DNA from: Takakia lepidozioides
Lineage: Eukaryota > Plantae > Bryophyta
Reading direction: 5' to 3'
NCBI GenBank assembly: GCA_030704615.1
Contig: CM060732.1
Span: forward strand, 4,774,001-4,838,000
Length of the DNA stretch: 64,000 nucleotides
The translations under genes were made by a program, and so were the position numbers. The notes beneath the pieces were generated by a model that saw only the letters and a list, made by a program, of their open reading frames with translations, searched no databases and was not told the DNA's origin. Numbering within the stretch: the stretch's first letter is position 1; each line of letters starts with the position of its first letter. This document shows positions 11,450 to 23,953 of the stretch, piece after piece.

Positions 11450-12442
11450 CAGGAAGCTTGCCCTCTCAAGTCTCCTGCAGAGAGTGTGTTGTCGAGGGAG
11501 ATGCAATGCTTCCCATGCTGGGAACACGATCACCGCAGTGTGATTGGCCTCTCCATGCCATTTATTCCACCTCTTATGGGAGGTAAAGGGGATGGCAATG
11601 TACATGCACCAATTACAGAGGAGGATGGTCAGTGTTTCTGTCAATAGTTACCCTCCCTTTCCGGGCCTACACATACGATTTGCAAGTTCTTCATTTGATA
11701 GATGTGAGCCCAATAATTCGGTCTGTAAGAATTCTTTCATTTATCACTCTACTGCAGCATTGTACATCAATAAAACCAGCATGTCAGTCACTTGGCAAAA
11801 GATAATGTGCTGTTTGCGCTGAAATCTTGATAGCTTCATGGTCAGTTCTTAGAAGAATCAATAATCAAAGTCATCCATGGCATCTTGAAAACAATAAGTT
11901 TGATTCACTTCACTTTTGACTACACCAAGGTCTTTAGAAGGAATGAAACTGTCAGTACCCACTCAAAATCCTGCAAGTTAGGAGCAATGTGATGATGATT
12001 GTCAGCTCTCAAACAAATCTCAAGGCATGACTTATATTATTGATTGGCTTTGATCACAATCTAGCAGACTCATGCCTTGTCCCAGGGCCCAATCTTGTAA
12101 AAAGAGTACAGATTAGAAGTTTGGTTAGTAAAAAACAATCTATGTTAGTGGGACAAATTTCAAACCATTTGATAAGCAAAGAAAAAAGGCCATAATCATA
12201 GATTGTTCTGGGAGATGAGAAATGACAGAAGTGGAAGCCAATGAAAACGGAGAAGACTACACTTGCCCAATGAGTTGAATGCAAGCATGGGAGCCTTGCC
12301 GGTATGGTCGCCGGGGATGGCCATACCGGCGACGTTCCGGCGGGGCGCGTTGTAATCCCCACCCCTCCTTGCTCCCCTCTCACCTACGAGCATGTGTTGT
12401 AGAATAAATAATTAAAAAATTGGAGATTTGGCAAGAAGCATA

Positions 12443-12830
12443 TGGTAGTGTGTTGGCCAGGTGGTATGTGTTACAATAGTGAAGTCTGAGGTTCAATTTG
12501 TGGCACTCAAAGTACGTTGACTTGTGATAGGTTGCGCATGTGACTAATTTATTTATTTTCTAAGTCCAAGATCCTCGCTCCGCTCCGTTGTTCCCAGTGT
12601 CCGCTCCTTTGTCCCCTCCTTGTTCCCAACCCCGCTCCCCTATCCCTGTCGCTCTCCTGTTCCCGGTCCCCACTCTCCTCCTCGTCATGTGGAATGCGGC
12701 TTGTTCCACTATTCTGGGTCCCCGCTCCCCTCCTCGCTTCCCTGCACTATGGGGAGCAGGGATCGAGGAGCAGGAACATGGGAGCAAAATTGGAGAAGTT
12801 TGGGACATGGTCCTCAAGGTGGGGAGCATG
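12443..12830 (+). repeat. Degenerate tRNA-like A/B-box head followed by a GCTCCCC/GGGAGC fold-back repeat; same layout as 62234-62650
   Basis: tggccaggtgg (~12454) and ggttcaa (~12490), then CTCCCC-rich and GGGAGC-rich halves. Confidence 0.4.
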
Positions 12831-13139
12831 AGGAGGGAACAAGAGGTGTGAAGCGCTCCCCACCTTCCCAATGGGGGATGAGATTTGACTAGTAGTATGC
12901 CGGAGCCTCTCGAAGCTCCGGCCAACGGCCCCACCACCTCAGACGCTTGCCTTAAACTCGTTGGATAAGGGTAGTCCTCGCCAATGAAAACACTCCAAGC
13001 ATGAAAGCAATCATACTAAGAGCAAACCCAGTCCTTCCAAGTGAAAATCCACTCTATCACAAGGGCATCTTTGCTAAAGGAATCCACCTTACAAAACCCT
13101 TAATACACTCCTTCTCATTATCTAGAGCCATGGAAGTGA

Positions 13140-14240
13140 GATGATGACATCAAGAAAACGGCCGTTATCACAAAGAGGGGACTCTTCGAATGGTTGGTAA
13201 TGCCCTTTGAAAGAATGCTATAGCAACCTTCCAAAGGGCCATGAATATCATACTATATGATGAACTCAAAAGCTTTGCCAAAGTTTTTGTGGACGACATC
13301 AACCTACAGTGTGCAACTTGGGAGGAGCGTTTGCAACATCTTGACATCGTACTCAAGAAGCTGAGAAAGCACAAGTTAAAGCTCAATCCAAACAAATGTG
13401 AGATGGGCAGACATGAGTTGGTGTTTCTGGGCCACGTGGTTTCCAAAGAAGGTTTAAGGCCTGATCCAATCAAAGTGGCAACCATACAGTGTTTTCCAGT
13501 ACCCACAAATCCAATAGCAGTGAAAAGCTTCATTGGTCATGTCACGAATTACTACAGGGATTACATTAGAGGCTATGCAAGCATAGGAGTGCCACTGTTT
13601 GCATTGACAAAGAAGGAGCCAAGATTTGCTTGGAATGCTGAAGCACATAATGCCTTTGAGGCATTAATCCTCAAATTGCAGCAAGCACCTATACTGGTAA
13701 GGCCCGATTTCACATAACCGTTTATACTAGATGTGGATTGGAGCACTGAGGGTGTAGGGGCTATACTTTCACAAAAGGAACATCGTAAAGAACATGTCAT
13801 AGCATATGCAAGTAAGGCACTGACAGATGTTCATAAAAGATATCATCCCATGGAGGGCGAGTGCTATGCACTAGTGTGGGGCATCCTGCACTTCCGACAG
13901 TATCTCTATGGAATACCATTCACGGTAAGAACCGACCACAAACCACTAGAATGGTTGGCCACAGTTAGTGATGCCTATGGACGTAGAGGTAGATGGATAA
14001 TGATGTTGCAGGATTATGATTTCAAAATTCTTCACAGACCAGGGGTAAAACATGCTAATGTAGATGCTTTGAGCCGATACCCAGTGGGAGAATCAAGTGG
14101 AGAGGAAGAATATGAAATCAACATGACAAAGGGAAAGATACAAGTTCATAATGTAGATCCAGCCATTGTCAGAGACGATATATGGGTGTTGACTGTGAAT
14201 CTAGACGGTGAACAAGTGTCTGCAACAATTAACAAGGCAG
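13140..14240 (+). mobile_element. Ty3/Gypsy pol fragment (RT + RNase H), defective
   Basis: KTAVITKRGLFEWLVMP, ATFQRAMN, VFVDDI, FLGHVVSKEG, DWSTEGVGAILSQ, ECYALVWG, VRTDHKPL, HANVDALSR. Has a frameshift and a TAA stop; no integrase. Confidence 0.93.
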
Positions 14241-14344
14241 GAGAAGAGGGCGAAGATTCGTTTTTTCTGTGTTTTTTTGGGTAAATCAGCCCTGAACATA
14301 CAGTTTTCTCCCTCCGCGCCCCATTTTGTGGACGTTATCTACAC

Positions 14345-15660
14345 AAATTTTATCTGCTGGATGGAAATTCGGCGCCGTTTTTCCATCCAAGGGCTTGTGG
14401 ATGATGTCGTCTCGGGCGGAGTGAGGGCCAGGTGGCGCTCCTACTGGATCCGCTGGATGGAAATTCGGCGCCGTTTTCCCATCAAGGGGCTTGTGGATGA
14501 TGCCGTCTCGGGCGGAGCGAGGGCCAGGTGGCGCTCATACTTCATCCGCTAGATGGAAATTCAACGCCGTATTTCCATCCCGTGGCTTCTGGATGATACC
14601 GTCTCGGGCGGAGCGAGGGCAAGGTGGCGCTTCGACTTCATCCGCTGGATGGAAATCCGGCGCCGTATTTCCATCCCGTGGCTTCTGGATGATGCCATCT
14701 CGGTCAGAGCGAGGGCCAGGTGGTGCTCCGACTTCATCCGCCGGATGGAAATTCGGCGTCGTTTTTCCATCCCGCGGCTTCTGGATGATGTCGTCTTGGG
14801 AGGAGCGAGGGGCAGGTGGCGCTCGTACTTCATCCGCTGGATGGAAATTCGGCGCCATTTTTCCATCCAGCGGATTCTGGATGATGCTGTCTCGGGGGGG
14901 AGGGAGTGCCAGCTGGCGCTCCGACTTCATCCGCTGGATGGAAATTCGGCGCCGTATTTCCATCCCGCGGCTTCTGGATGATGCTGTCTTGGGCGGAGCG
15001 AGGGCCAGGTGGCGTTCATACTTCATCCGCTAGATGGAAATTCGGCGCCGTTTTTCCATCCAGCAGATTCTGGATGAGGACGTCTCGGGGGGAGGGAGTG
15101 CCAGCGCTCCGACTTCATCCGCTGGATGGAAATTCGGCGCCGTACTTCTATCCCGCGGCTTCTGGATGATGCCGTCTCGGGCGGAGCGAGGGCCAGGTGC
15201 CGCTCCGACTTCATCCGCCGGATGGAAATTCGGCGCCGTTTTTCCATCTAGGGGCTTGTGGATGATGCCGTCTCGGGGGAAGCGTGGGCCAGGTGGCGCT
15301 CGTACTTCATCCGCTGGATGGAAATTCGGCGCCATTTTTCCATCCAGCGGATTCTGGATGAGGACGTCTCGGGGGGAGGGAGTGTCAGTTGGCGCTCCGA
15401 CTTCATCCGCTGGATGGAAATTCGGCACCGTATTTCCATCCCACGGCTTCTGGATGGTACCATCTCGGGCGGAGCGAGGGCCAGGTGGCGCTCTGACTTC
15501 ATCCGCCGGATGGAAATTCGGCGCCATTTTTCCATCCAAGGGATTCTGGATGAGGACAACTCGGGGGGAGGGAGTGCCAGTTGGCTCTCCAACTTCATCC
15601 GTTGGATGGAAATTCGACGCCATTTTTCCATCCAACGGGCTGTCGATGAAGTCTCGGGTG
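14345..15660. repeat. Tandem array of 14 x 96-bp GC-rich palindromic units
   Basis: GGAAAT anchor at 14363, 14459, 14555, 14651, 14747, 14843, 14940, 15036, 15128, 15224, 15320, 15416, 15512 and 15608. Confidence 0.95.
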
Positions 15661-16779
15661 GAAGTTGGGACAGGTGGCGGTGGGGGACGAGCTCCATACC
15701 TATGACATTGAAGGGTGCCGGCCAGCATTCATTGTCTGCAGCCATTGGTTTTGAACAAGACGTTCCGCACGGATTCCGCGCTGCCTTCTCGGATACACAT
15801 GGAACCCCTGACGTGACGGGTGGATGAAGTTCCGCTCGAGGCCTGTACGCACGCATTCTGCAGGAGGTTTTTTTGTTACTCGGACTTATGCCGCGTGGAG
15901 CAGGTCGTGGCTCTCCTAAGAGAAACCCCACATCCAGACCGGGGCGCAAACTCAAACCTTTGTACTACAAGACGCGTCCAATGTCTCGCATGGCCAAATT
16001 GAAGCTCCAGCAGGAGATCCCCTTGTCTTGATCATAGCCCGCGCCAATTGAAGCCGAGCACTCTCAGGCGAGCCCCTGCTTCCTTCTCTCTATGTAGCAT
16101 GTGCGGACGTCTGATTGGCTTTGTTTTGTTTGTTTTGGCATCCTTCTGCATGTGCTTGCATGTGTTTTTAAGCCTTCACTTGGTTTTGTTTTCATGGTTA
16201 TTCCATGCCACTCGACACGGTGGTGGTATCGTCGACAGCTCCAACTCCTCGAGCACTCACTCCAAAAGCGGCTACTCATCGACCGCAGTCTGACAGTCAT
16301 CGGCAGCAGTCTGCGGACCACGTGCTTCGCATTTTCGGGTCGCCAAAACGGGGGCGGGAGGGCACACATGGACTAGCTCATTTTGTTGGTGGACGGGAGG
16401 TCCTAGAGCGGGAGTACGCTCGAATAGGCATTCGGGAGGTTGGTGCAGCCGGCATGGCAGGTGCAGGGTATCGCATGAGGATAGCAGATCCACCAATCCA
16501 GGAAGCTGATGCACATGTAGGAGGGCCCGCCCACGCAAAGAAGAAGAAGAAAGCCAAGCACTTGCAATCCAGGGCGAGAGAACCATCCCAGGCTGCGGAG
16601 GGGGGTCTGAACAGAACACCCACCAAGGCGCGTGAGAGTGTGAGTTCCCCGTGTTAGAGGGCTGTCTAGGACTTAGACATTTTACGGGTTCTGTGGGGTA
16701 CCCTTAATTTTGCGCAGACCTACGGTGGTAGACTCAGACCAATACAGATCTTAGGGGTGACAGACACAGGCCTTAGGGG

Positions 16780-16985
16780 TAGTAGACAGGCTTACACAAT
16801 CAGTCACAGCCTTACACAGTTAGACACAGCTTGACAAAGCCTGTCAGAGCCTGACACAACCTAACACAGTCAGTCACAGCCTATCATAGCCCGACACAGC
16901 CCGACACAGTCAGTCACAGTCTGACACAGCCAGTCACAGCTCGGCACAGTCACAGCCCGACACAGCCCGACACAGCGTTCACAGG
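16780..16985 (+). repeat. Degenerate ~10-bp minisatellite (GACACAGCC / CACAGTCAGT)
   Basis: About 20 imperfect copies of ACACAG-containing units. Confidence 0.85.
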
Positions 16986-17516
16986 GAACGGTTATCATTT
17001 GCAGGGAATGACTGTGTGGGAACGACATCTGCAGATGGAACGTGCATTCTGTCTTGGATGACAGTTAGTTAGTTAGGCGGTTAGAACAGTTTGCAGGTAG
17101 AATAGGCAGAGTAACGACATGGAGGGGGCCACTTCTGAGAGCTCTTCTGGGACATCACTTGGGGAGATCAGGCGGAAAGCACGATCTTGGAGCACATGGA
17201 TGGAGATTACACAGAGGAGGAGATACCACGAGATGATGCTTGATTCATGCAAGCTGTAGAGATGCACTGTAGAGCAGATTAGAGACACCATGGCTTTGGC
17301 CTGATACATGATAAATATTAATATGATTCCTATTTCATATTCACACCGTGTAGAGAGATATGAGTGAAGCTGTGGAATGAATGCTTGAGTAGTTGGAACA
17401 TGGTAGATTGCAGAAGCAATCTGATACTTAATCATAGATGATAAGGTAAATTGCTAACATGAATGCGAGAATGAATACAAATAGGAAGCACCCCCACGAT
17501 ACACTAGTTGTAGGTC

Positions 17517-18212
17517 ATGACTGATTGTTCTGAGCGGGCTGAGTACTTAGAGATTTCCAACTCTTCTATCTTGGAGTTTCCACCTCGGATAGCTAAGGGA
17601 TGGGTGAGTAAAAGCCGTTCGACATTTGGCGACTATACTGGGGAACTGAGTCAAGAACAATCAGATGTGACAAGCATCTGGTGGGATCATGGTGGATGGA
17701 GAATCAAGGAATTTGATGTGAATCAAATTCCCTGTGAAACTGAGAAATAAAGATTGTCCAAACAATTCTTTCAGAGGTTTTTGGAATTGCCAGACGGTTG
17801 CAAGGAAAACATTCATAAGAGAGTTCATGATGCTGATCCAGAGTGGGGTCTGGAGAAAGGAGTGATAAAGATTTATCAAGTGGCCTGTAGAGGGAGAGCA
17901 AGTTGGTTACCAACACTGGTTTATGTGATAGCATTGCTATTCACTAAAAGAGTGGAGTTTGAAAGCTGGGAGGAACGGAAGGTGAATGTTTACACTCACA
18001 TGCATGAAGAACTTGAACTGGTAGAGAATTGGATTCATAAGGATATCTTGTGGATCAAACTTACACCAAGAACGGCTTTTCAGACTTGCTTGCCATATGG
18101 TTATATGGTAACGGAGCCTTCTAGTATAGCCAAGGGTGCATTAAAGCTTGAAAGAAATCCAGGCATATACGAGAGATACTACAGAAAAGAGTTTTGGTTA
18201 TTGCCTCATTAA
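17517..18212 (+). pseudogene. Extra ORF of unknown function upstream of gag (one in-frame stop)
   Basis: ORFs 17517-17750 and 17754-18212 share a frame, giving ~230 codons split by one TAA. Confidence 0.4.
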
Positions 18213-18636
18213 AGATATGAAAGACATGGGACATGAGTGATGAAAGGGAAGCTAGACTCCACAGATATTCAGCGAAAAGAGAAAGTTATTTGAAAGCTAA
18301 TTATCCATATCTCTGGGAGAGAGGAATAGACATGAATCATCTGGACCTCTCACACCATTAAGGCCAGAGAGTACATCACCCATACCGGAAGAACCAGAGT
18401 TGGATGCCACTCCTTCTTATTATTTATAAGAAAGATTAAGGGATTTGGTATAGGAAGAAGATCAGCCACGAGGGGAAAGATCTGAGATACATCCTGGGTT
18501 ATTGACATAAATCTTTGATCAGAGTTGGCATGGAACAGCAAGAGCAGGAACTCCAGTTTCTGAAACACAAGACAAAGAATGAGAGGAAGATGTGGCGGAG
18601 CCAACATAGAGTTCAGACTCTCCAACACCACTATAG

Positions 18637-20453
18637 TTGAGTTATATGAGTGAGAAAGAAGAAATCCAAGAGAAGAACTTGGAAGATGAAAACAGAGAGA
18701 AGAATTTGGAAGATGAAGAGTATGAAGAAGTAGACCCAACAGTTGAGGTTGAGACTACAACCATGACATCCCAACCTGTTGGACCTGGATCAAGTGGAGC
18801 ACTTGGATCACATGCCAACATAGGTGTCGGCTCAGGGGGATCAGGCAGGCAGCTTGGATCTGGCTCTGGGGGGACAGGGAGTGTGGGAAGTAGTGCAACT
18901 GGAGCTGGGGGTACTGCAAGTACAGGGGGGCCAGTAGCAGGGAGTGCTCAGGGGCCAACACCTGGTGGAAGTTCCACCACTACAACAACAGGTCATCAAG
19001 GACCAACACCTACAGGAGGACCACCACCTGTAAAAGGGCAGGGTGTAGGGCCACAGATGACGGTACCTCCAATACGGGCAAAACCACCTTTTCCAATATA
19101 TGTAGGAAAAGGGGATCCTGATGTACACATCAGCCAATTTGAGCACATGTGTATTGTGAACAATGAGATTGGCGATGATGCCAAAATGAGACTCTTTCCT
19201 TGTTCACTTATCAAGAAAGCAAATGAATGGTATGCAAGGTTTCCTAATAATCATTTATTAACCTGGAATGGCCTTAGTACATCATTCCGAAACAGGTTCA
19301 GGACAAACAAAACTGAGGATGAAGTGTATGGGAATTTACAATACTTGAGGCAAAAGAAGCATGAAACTGTTGAAGAATATATGGAGAAAATGGAGTTAGT
19401 GATGAAAAAGCTGGCTGCGGTACCAGCACCAGGATTACAGAAGACTTGATTTGTGAGTGGACTAAGACCTGAATTACAAAAGAAAGTGGATATGCTACCT
19501 CATAATACAGTGGAGGAGGCATTCAAAACAGCCAACAGAATTGAGCAATTGGGAATGCTCAGGAGAGATAAAAGGGATGATGATGACTCTGAAGATGAGT
19601 CAGATGAGAAAGAAGAGCAAGAGCTCAGGAGGAAGAGCAAGAAGAAGGAAAAGTTGAAGAGGGACAACTATGAAAAAGACTGGAAGAAATCTTGAAAAAG
19701 TACGCCACAGAGGCTGCAACACAATAGAGGAAGGGTGTTTGGTGTGCAAAGTGCCAAAATGAAGGCCATACCACAGCTGAATGCCACATGAAGGAGAAAC
19801 ACTGTACTATCTGTAAAATGGATAACCATTCTACTGAGAATTGTTATTACAATAGAAGGGCAGCTACAAGAGAACCTAGGTAAGTGAGGGTGCATCAAGT
19901 GCAACCCCAGCCAAGAAGAAACAATGACCAGGACCACTACGGTAGGCCTGGTGGATATAACAATGGTATGGCAAGAAGAGGTAATCCAAGAGGGAATTAC
20001 CAAGGCAATCCCAAAGGCAACTATCAGGGTAATCCAAGGGGGAATTACCAGCCAGGGAATCAAGATTATAGAAATAATCCCAGAATAGACCAAGGGCGAG
20101 GACACAATGGTGAAGAACTGTGTTACTATTGTAACCAGGATGGACATCGCAAAGCAGCCTGTCCATTTTGGATCAGACACCAGAATGAGGTGAGACCTCC
20201 TGTGAATGAAGGCCCAGTAGTGGCAGCTCACATGGTTATGCCATGTTTTATACCAGAAGTAAGTACAATGATAGTTACCAGAAGCAAAGCTAAACTATTA
20301 CCTCCAGTGGATGACGAAGAAGATGTTAATGAAGATGGCAGTGATGTGCCTGAAGATGATGAGGCATGGAGAGATGAGAAGGAACTGCACAAGGAAGTGG
20401 CTGATACCATAAGGGAAATGCAGAAGGATACTGATATCCCTATGGCAGATTGA
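18637..20453 (+). mobile_element. Ty3/Gypsy gag pseudogene (Gly/Thr-rich N-terminus, capsid-like domain, zinc knuckles)
   Basis: YVGKGDPDVHISQFE..AKMRLFPCSL..ANEWY..LRQKKHETVEEY. Knuckles CAKCQNEGHTTAEC, CTICKMDNHSTENC and CYYCNQDGHRKAAC; VTRSKA motif; stops and a frameshift. Confidence 0.9.
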
Positions 20454-22329
20454 CCTTGATTTCCCTACTGTAGCTCCCAAGTTAATAATCTCAATGCTCT
20501 CTGCAAGTGCCAACCACACTGAGATTTCTTGCTCCCACCATGGACCTAGATATATTAATTTATGGGGCCCCATGGCATCTAGTCCAAACTCTAATACAAC
20601 CGCTGGCATCTCCACCTCCACCTGCTAGCTTTAAATTAACAGGCATTTTCCAATCCAAACAGGCTATGCTGACTTGGCGACCCACACCAGCCAAGGTTGC
20701 AAGGCACACATTTGAGAAAGCCTGGCTTTATTCCATAAACATCACATCCTCACATAGACCCATGGCCAACCTGCTTATTATGGAAGATAGGCTCCTCCGA
20801 CAAACGGGCAAACTGCTCCTAAGGCTACCTAGAGAGAGATCCCCGTCGTCACTCCTACCCAAACAAATATAGATATAAATGGTAATTACAAACTATAACA
20901 CAAACCCTTGTACCCCTAGAACCCAGCACTGCAAAGCTCGGAGGCATACAAACATTTACACTCACTTGATATCAATAACTGTTACTGCTAACTACTACAT
21001 GGCTCAGAAAACATGCCAGCCAGATACAAGTACCAAATGTCCCCTGCTGAGTTGATATAAACACAACATCGTCTCCCTACATTTTAAAATACTGTCTCGC
21101 CCCCCAACTCGTACCACACTCACATGAATGCCCACTGAGCTTGAGGAGCCATGGCAGCCCACATCCATCTGCAACACGCACAACATAGGCAGAAGCTCTG
21201 CACCTTCAGAATGCCATATCAGCCATGACATCTAATCACATTTGTCAACTCATCAGTCTGAAGGAGCCTGACAAAAGTGAAGACCACTCTACCAGGAACA
21301 ATTGTGTGCCTTGCGACAGCATAACAGACACCAATTGAACTTCAACTGTTACATGACCAGCTTTTGCTATGTGCATGGTGTAAATTCAACCATGGTTACA
21401 CAAACTACTAAGTAATCCATTATGCAATTGAAGTCAAAGACTGAAGACATCAGAGGCTAATGTAAGTTGACAACTTGTCCTCGTAGAAGAGCAAACTGAA
21501 GCAGGATGCATACTCTAACAGGAGCAACTTGGTCATATAATAATGTGCCTCAGAATAAGATTGATGAGATAGGGTAGGGGCTGGATGCAGACCTCCTTGT
21601 TTCTCCTCGCTTCCTTGTCTCCGATTTGTTGTACGTTAATACTTCATTTCTTTCAAATATAGTGCTTGGTTGTAGTAATGGGAAGAATTGACTGCATGGC
21701 CGAATTTGTGAGTACTACTGCAGGTGTGAGGGCATGGAATCGAGGTACGGGATAGGGCTGTTGAGCTACTTGTCATTTCGGATTTCTGGGGCATGTTTTG
21801 TAGTTTGGAGAGGATGGTTATGGATTCCCAGGCATGCTGGTGTGGAGCTGATGCCAGTGTGTCATGAGGGTGTAGAGCGAGCTTTGTGGGTTTTGTCTTT
21901 TATATATCGCATGCCTTGATTCTGACAAGTGATTTTTGCATTGATGTTGTCTTTCCTTTCTGTGTTGCATCGAGGGTGGGTGCCAGCTATTTGCACATGG
22001 CTTTGACGCTGAATCCTTTCTAATTTCCATGAGTATTTTCCATTGAAAATGGATTTTTATAGTGAGGAGAGGGGGGAATAGCGATAGGCTGGAATGGGTG
22101 TATGTCGGGATATAGCTTTGTAATGTTTCTGGGATTGACCCTGATGTCTTGTGTGTTTTTGTGACTTGCAAGACCATTCTAGCTGGGCATGGGTAGGTCC
22201 TGATTGTACATTTAGTGGCAAATGAGGGGTGGTCAAGAAAGGGTCACCTTCATCTCAAGGGAGTGCCTGTTTGCAATTTCTGCCAAAGATCAGACAGGAC
22301 TGAGCGAGAAGGTAATCCGGGGTGGAAGG

Positions 22330-22620
22330 GCAAGGAGGGCCACTCCGACAAAATCAAAGCTAGAATTCGGTTCTCTTTGCATGTAGCCATGCGGGCCTAA
22401 TGGATAAATGCTATCACTACTTTGTATCTGAGTCAAGCTCATGGCCTCACTCCCAATGGAGCATTTTAGCTCCATGGCGGTTCTTGGCAGTGCTGGGTAA
22501 TTGGATGAGGCACAAAACTTGGTTAACGCAGTGCAAATTGAACCAGATGATATTTCAGTATGGGGTGCCTTGCATGGTGCCTGCAGAAATCGAGATGTGG
22601 AACTAGCAGAGAAAATGCCT
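22330..22620 (+). pseudogene. PLS-class PPR fragment (P2-L2-S2/E region), degenerate
   Basis: VLFACSHAGLMDKCYHYF..LDEAQNLVNAVQIEPDDISVWGALHGACRNRDVELAEK across frameshifts. Confidence 0.8.
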
Positions 22621-23953
22621 AATCAAAAGTTCTTGCAGGCACATTACATTATACAGAAATTTTGCCGAGGACAGTCCTGACCCACTATTCGGGGTTGGTG
22701 TTCGCATAGGCCATTGATGTAAAAGGGAGGCTTTTGGAGGTATATGTTTTACCTTAGCCCCACCCCTTATCATCACTTCATCCTCTTTAGTACCTCAAAG
22801 GTGTCCCTTCAGAAGCTAGATCTAATGCAGGATATAATGAATTTCAGTGTTCTCTTCTTTTTCCCTGGGACAAACCATTGCTGGTTTCAGGGGGTTCACT
22901 TCCATCAGTTGTCTCTCCTTACTCTCCCTCAATGACACTACAAACATTGTGTTACCACAGCTCAAAGTTCAGCGGCCTCAGTTTGTTGCTTCGTTTATTC
23001 ATTTATCTCATTCAATCCAAAGAGAGAATCAATGATTGCTGTCATAAAAGTCTGTTGTCTTCCAAGTTTGATGAAGGCTGGGTTCGGAGTATGTTTTCAG
23101 TTAGTAAAGAAAATATCCGGTTGATAGTTTGCAAATTGTGGATGTACCGATACACAGAAGTGCCTTATCAAGAACAGGAAGCAGGACCTTGTGTGCTGCT
23201 ATCATACATCTAATGCTGCAGCTGGTAGGTGGGACAATCAGAACACAACAACCAAAATAATGGAGAATTAGAGGTAAACAAGTAGACAGTACGAAGCAGC
23301 AATGTGACGGATAATGCTTGAATGCATATACACCACAACTGCATTTGTAAATTCAGAGAAATCCATGCTGAGTTAAGAGGCCACCAGAGTGACAAAAAAG
23401 GTGTTGGTATGATTAACACTTTCCCTGGGACAGCTATAGCAAAAACCTCAAGGTTTACGGTTACTGCTATATGGCCATCCAGGAACTTCCTGTACGAGAG
23501 TCAGTGGCTTTGAATTGGTGTTACGACTAAAGTATGCACTTCAGGACCTTGTCTTTGTACAAGTCTCCCAGTGTTACTCTGCAACCCCATTTTGGACAAC
23601 CCCATTTGGACATCGTAATCTGCATTTAGTGTGTTCATCATAGCATATTATTCGCATTAGCGACAGTTATGACATCTGAATCACACAACAAGTCTCAGCA
23701 TCTTGTTTATAAACACTCTGATTCTTGACTCCGCCACTGGAGAGGCAAAATAATGTGACAAGTATGGAAAGGTATGACATTTTTTAATCTAAGACTGCCT
23801 ATATATTAGTATGGGAATGCACAATTTTTACAGTGCAAACCCAACTAACCCAACTAATGCTCATGACTCAGTAAACAAGATGAGCCAAATGGTCCTATAT
23901 GATTGCTTAAGCATGACAGACCTCCACCCCCTACGAGAAAAGGAAGCTAATAA

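Noticed and set aside
14345-15660. CRISPR-like array (palindromic repeat with regular spacing)
   Set aside because: The intervening segments are themselves repeated in two variants rather than unique spacers; no cas genes; eukaryotic context.
14208-15955. Long ORFs in all six frames as repeat proteins
   Set aside because: Explained by a GC-rich period divisible by 3; the 97- and 92-bp units shift the frame.
13140-20453. One retroelement with pol-before-gag order
   Set aside because: More simply two truncated or nested Gypsy pieces; no paired LTRs or PBS identified.
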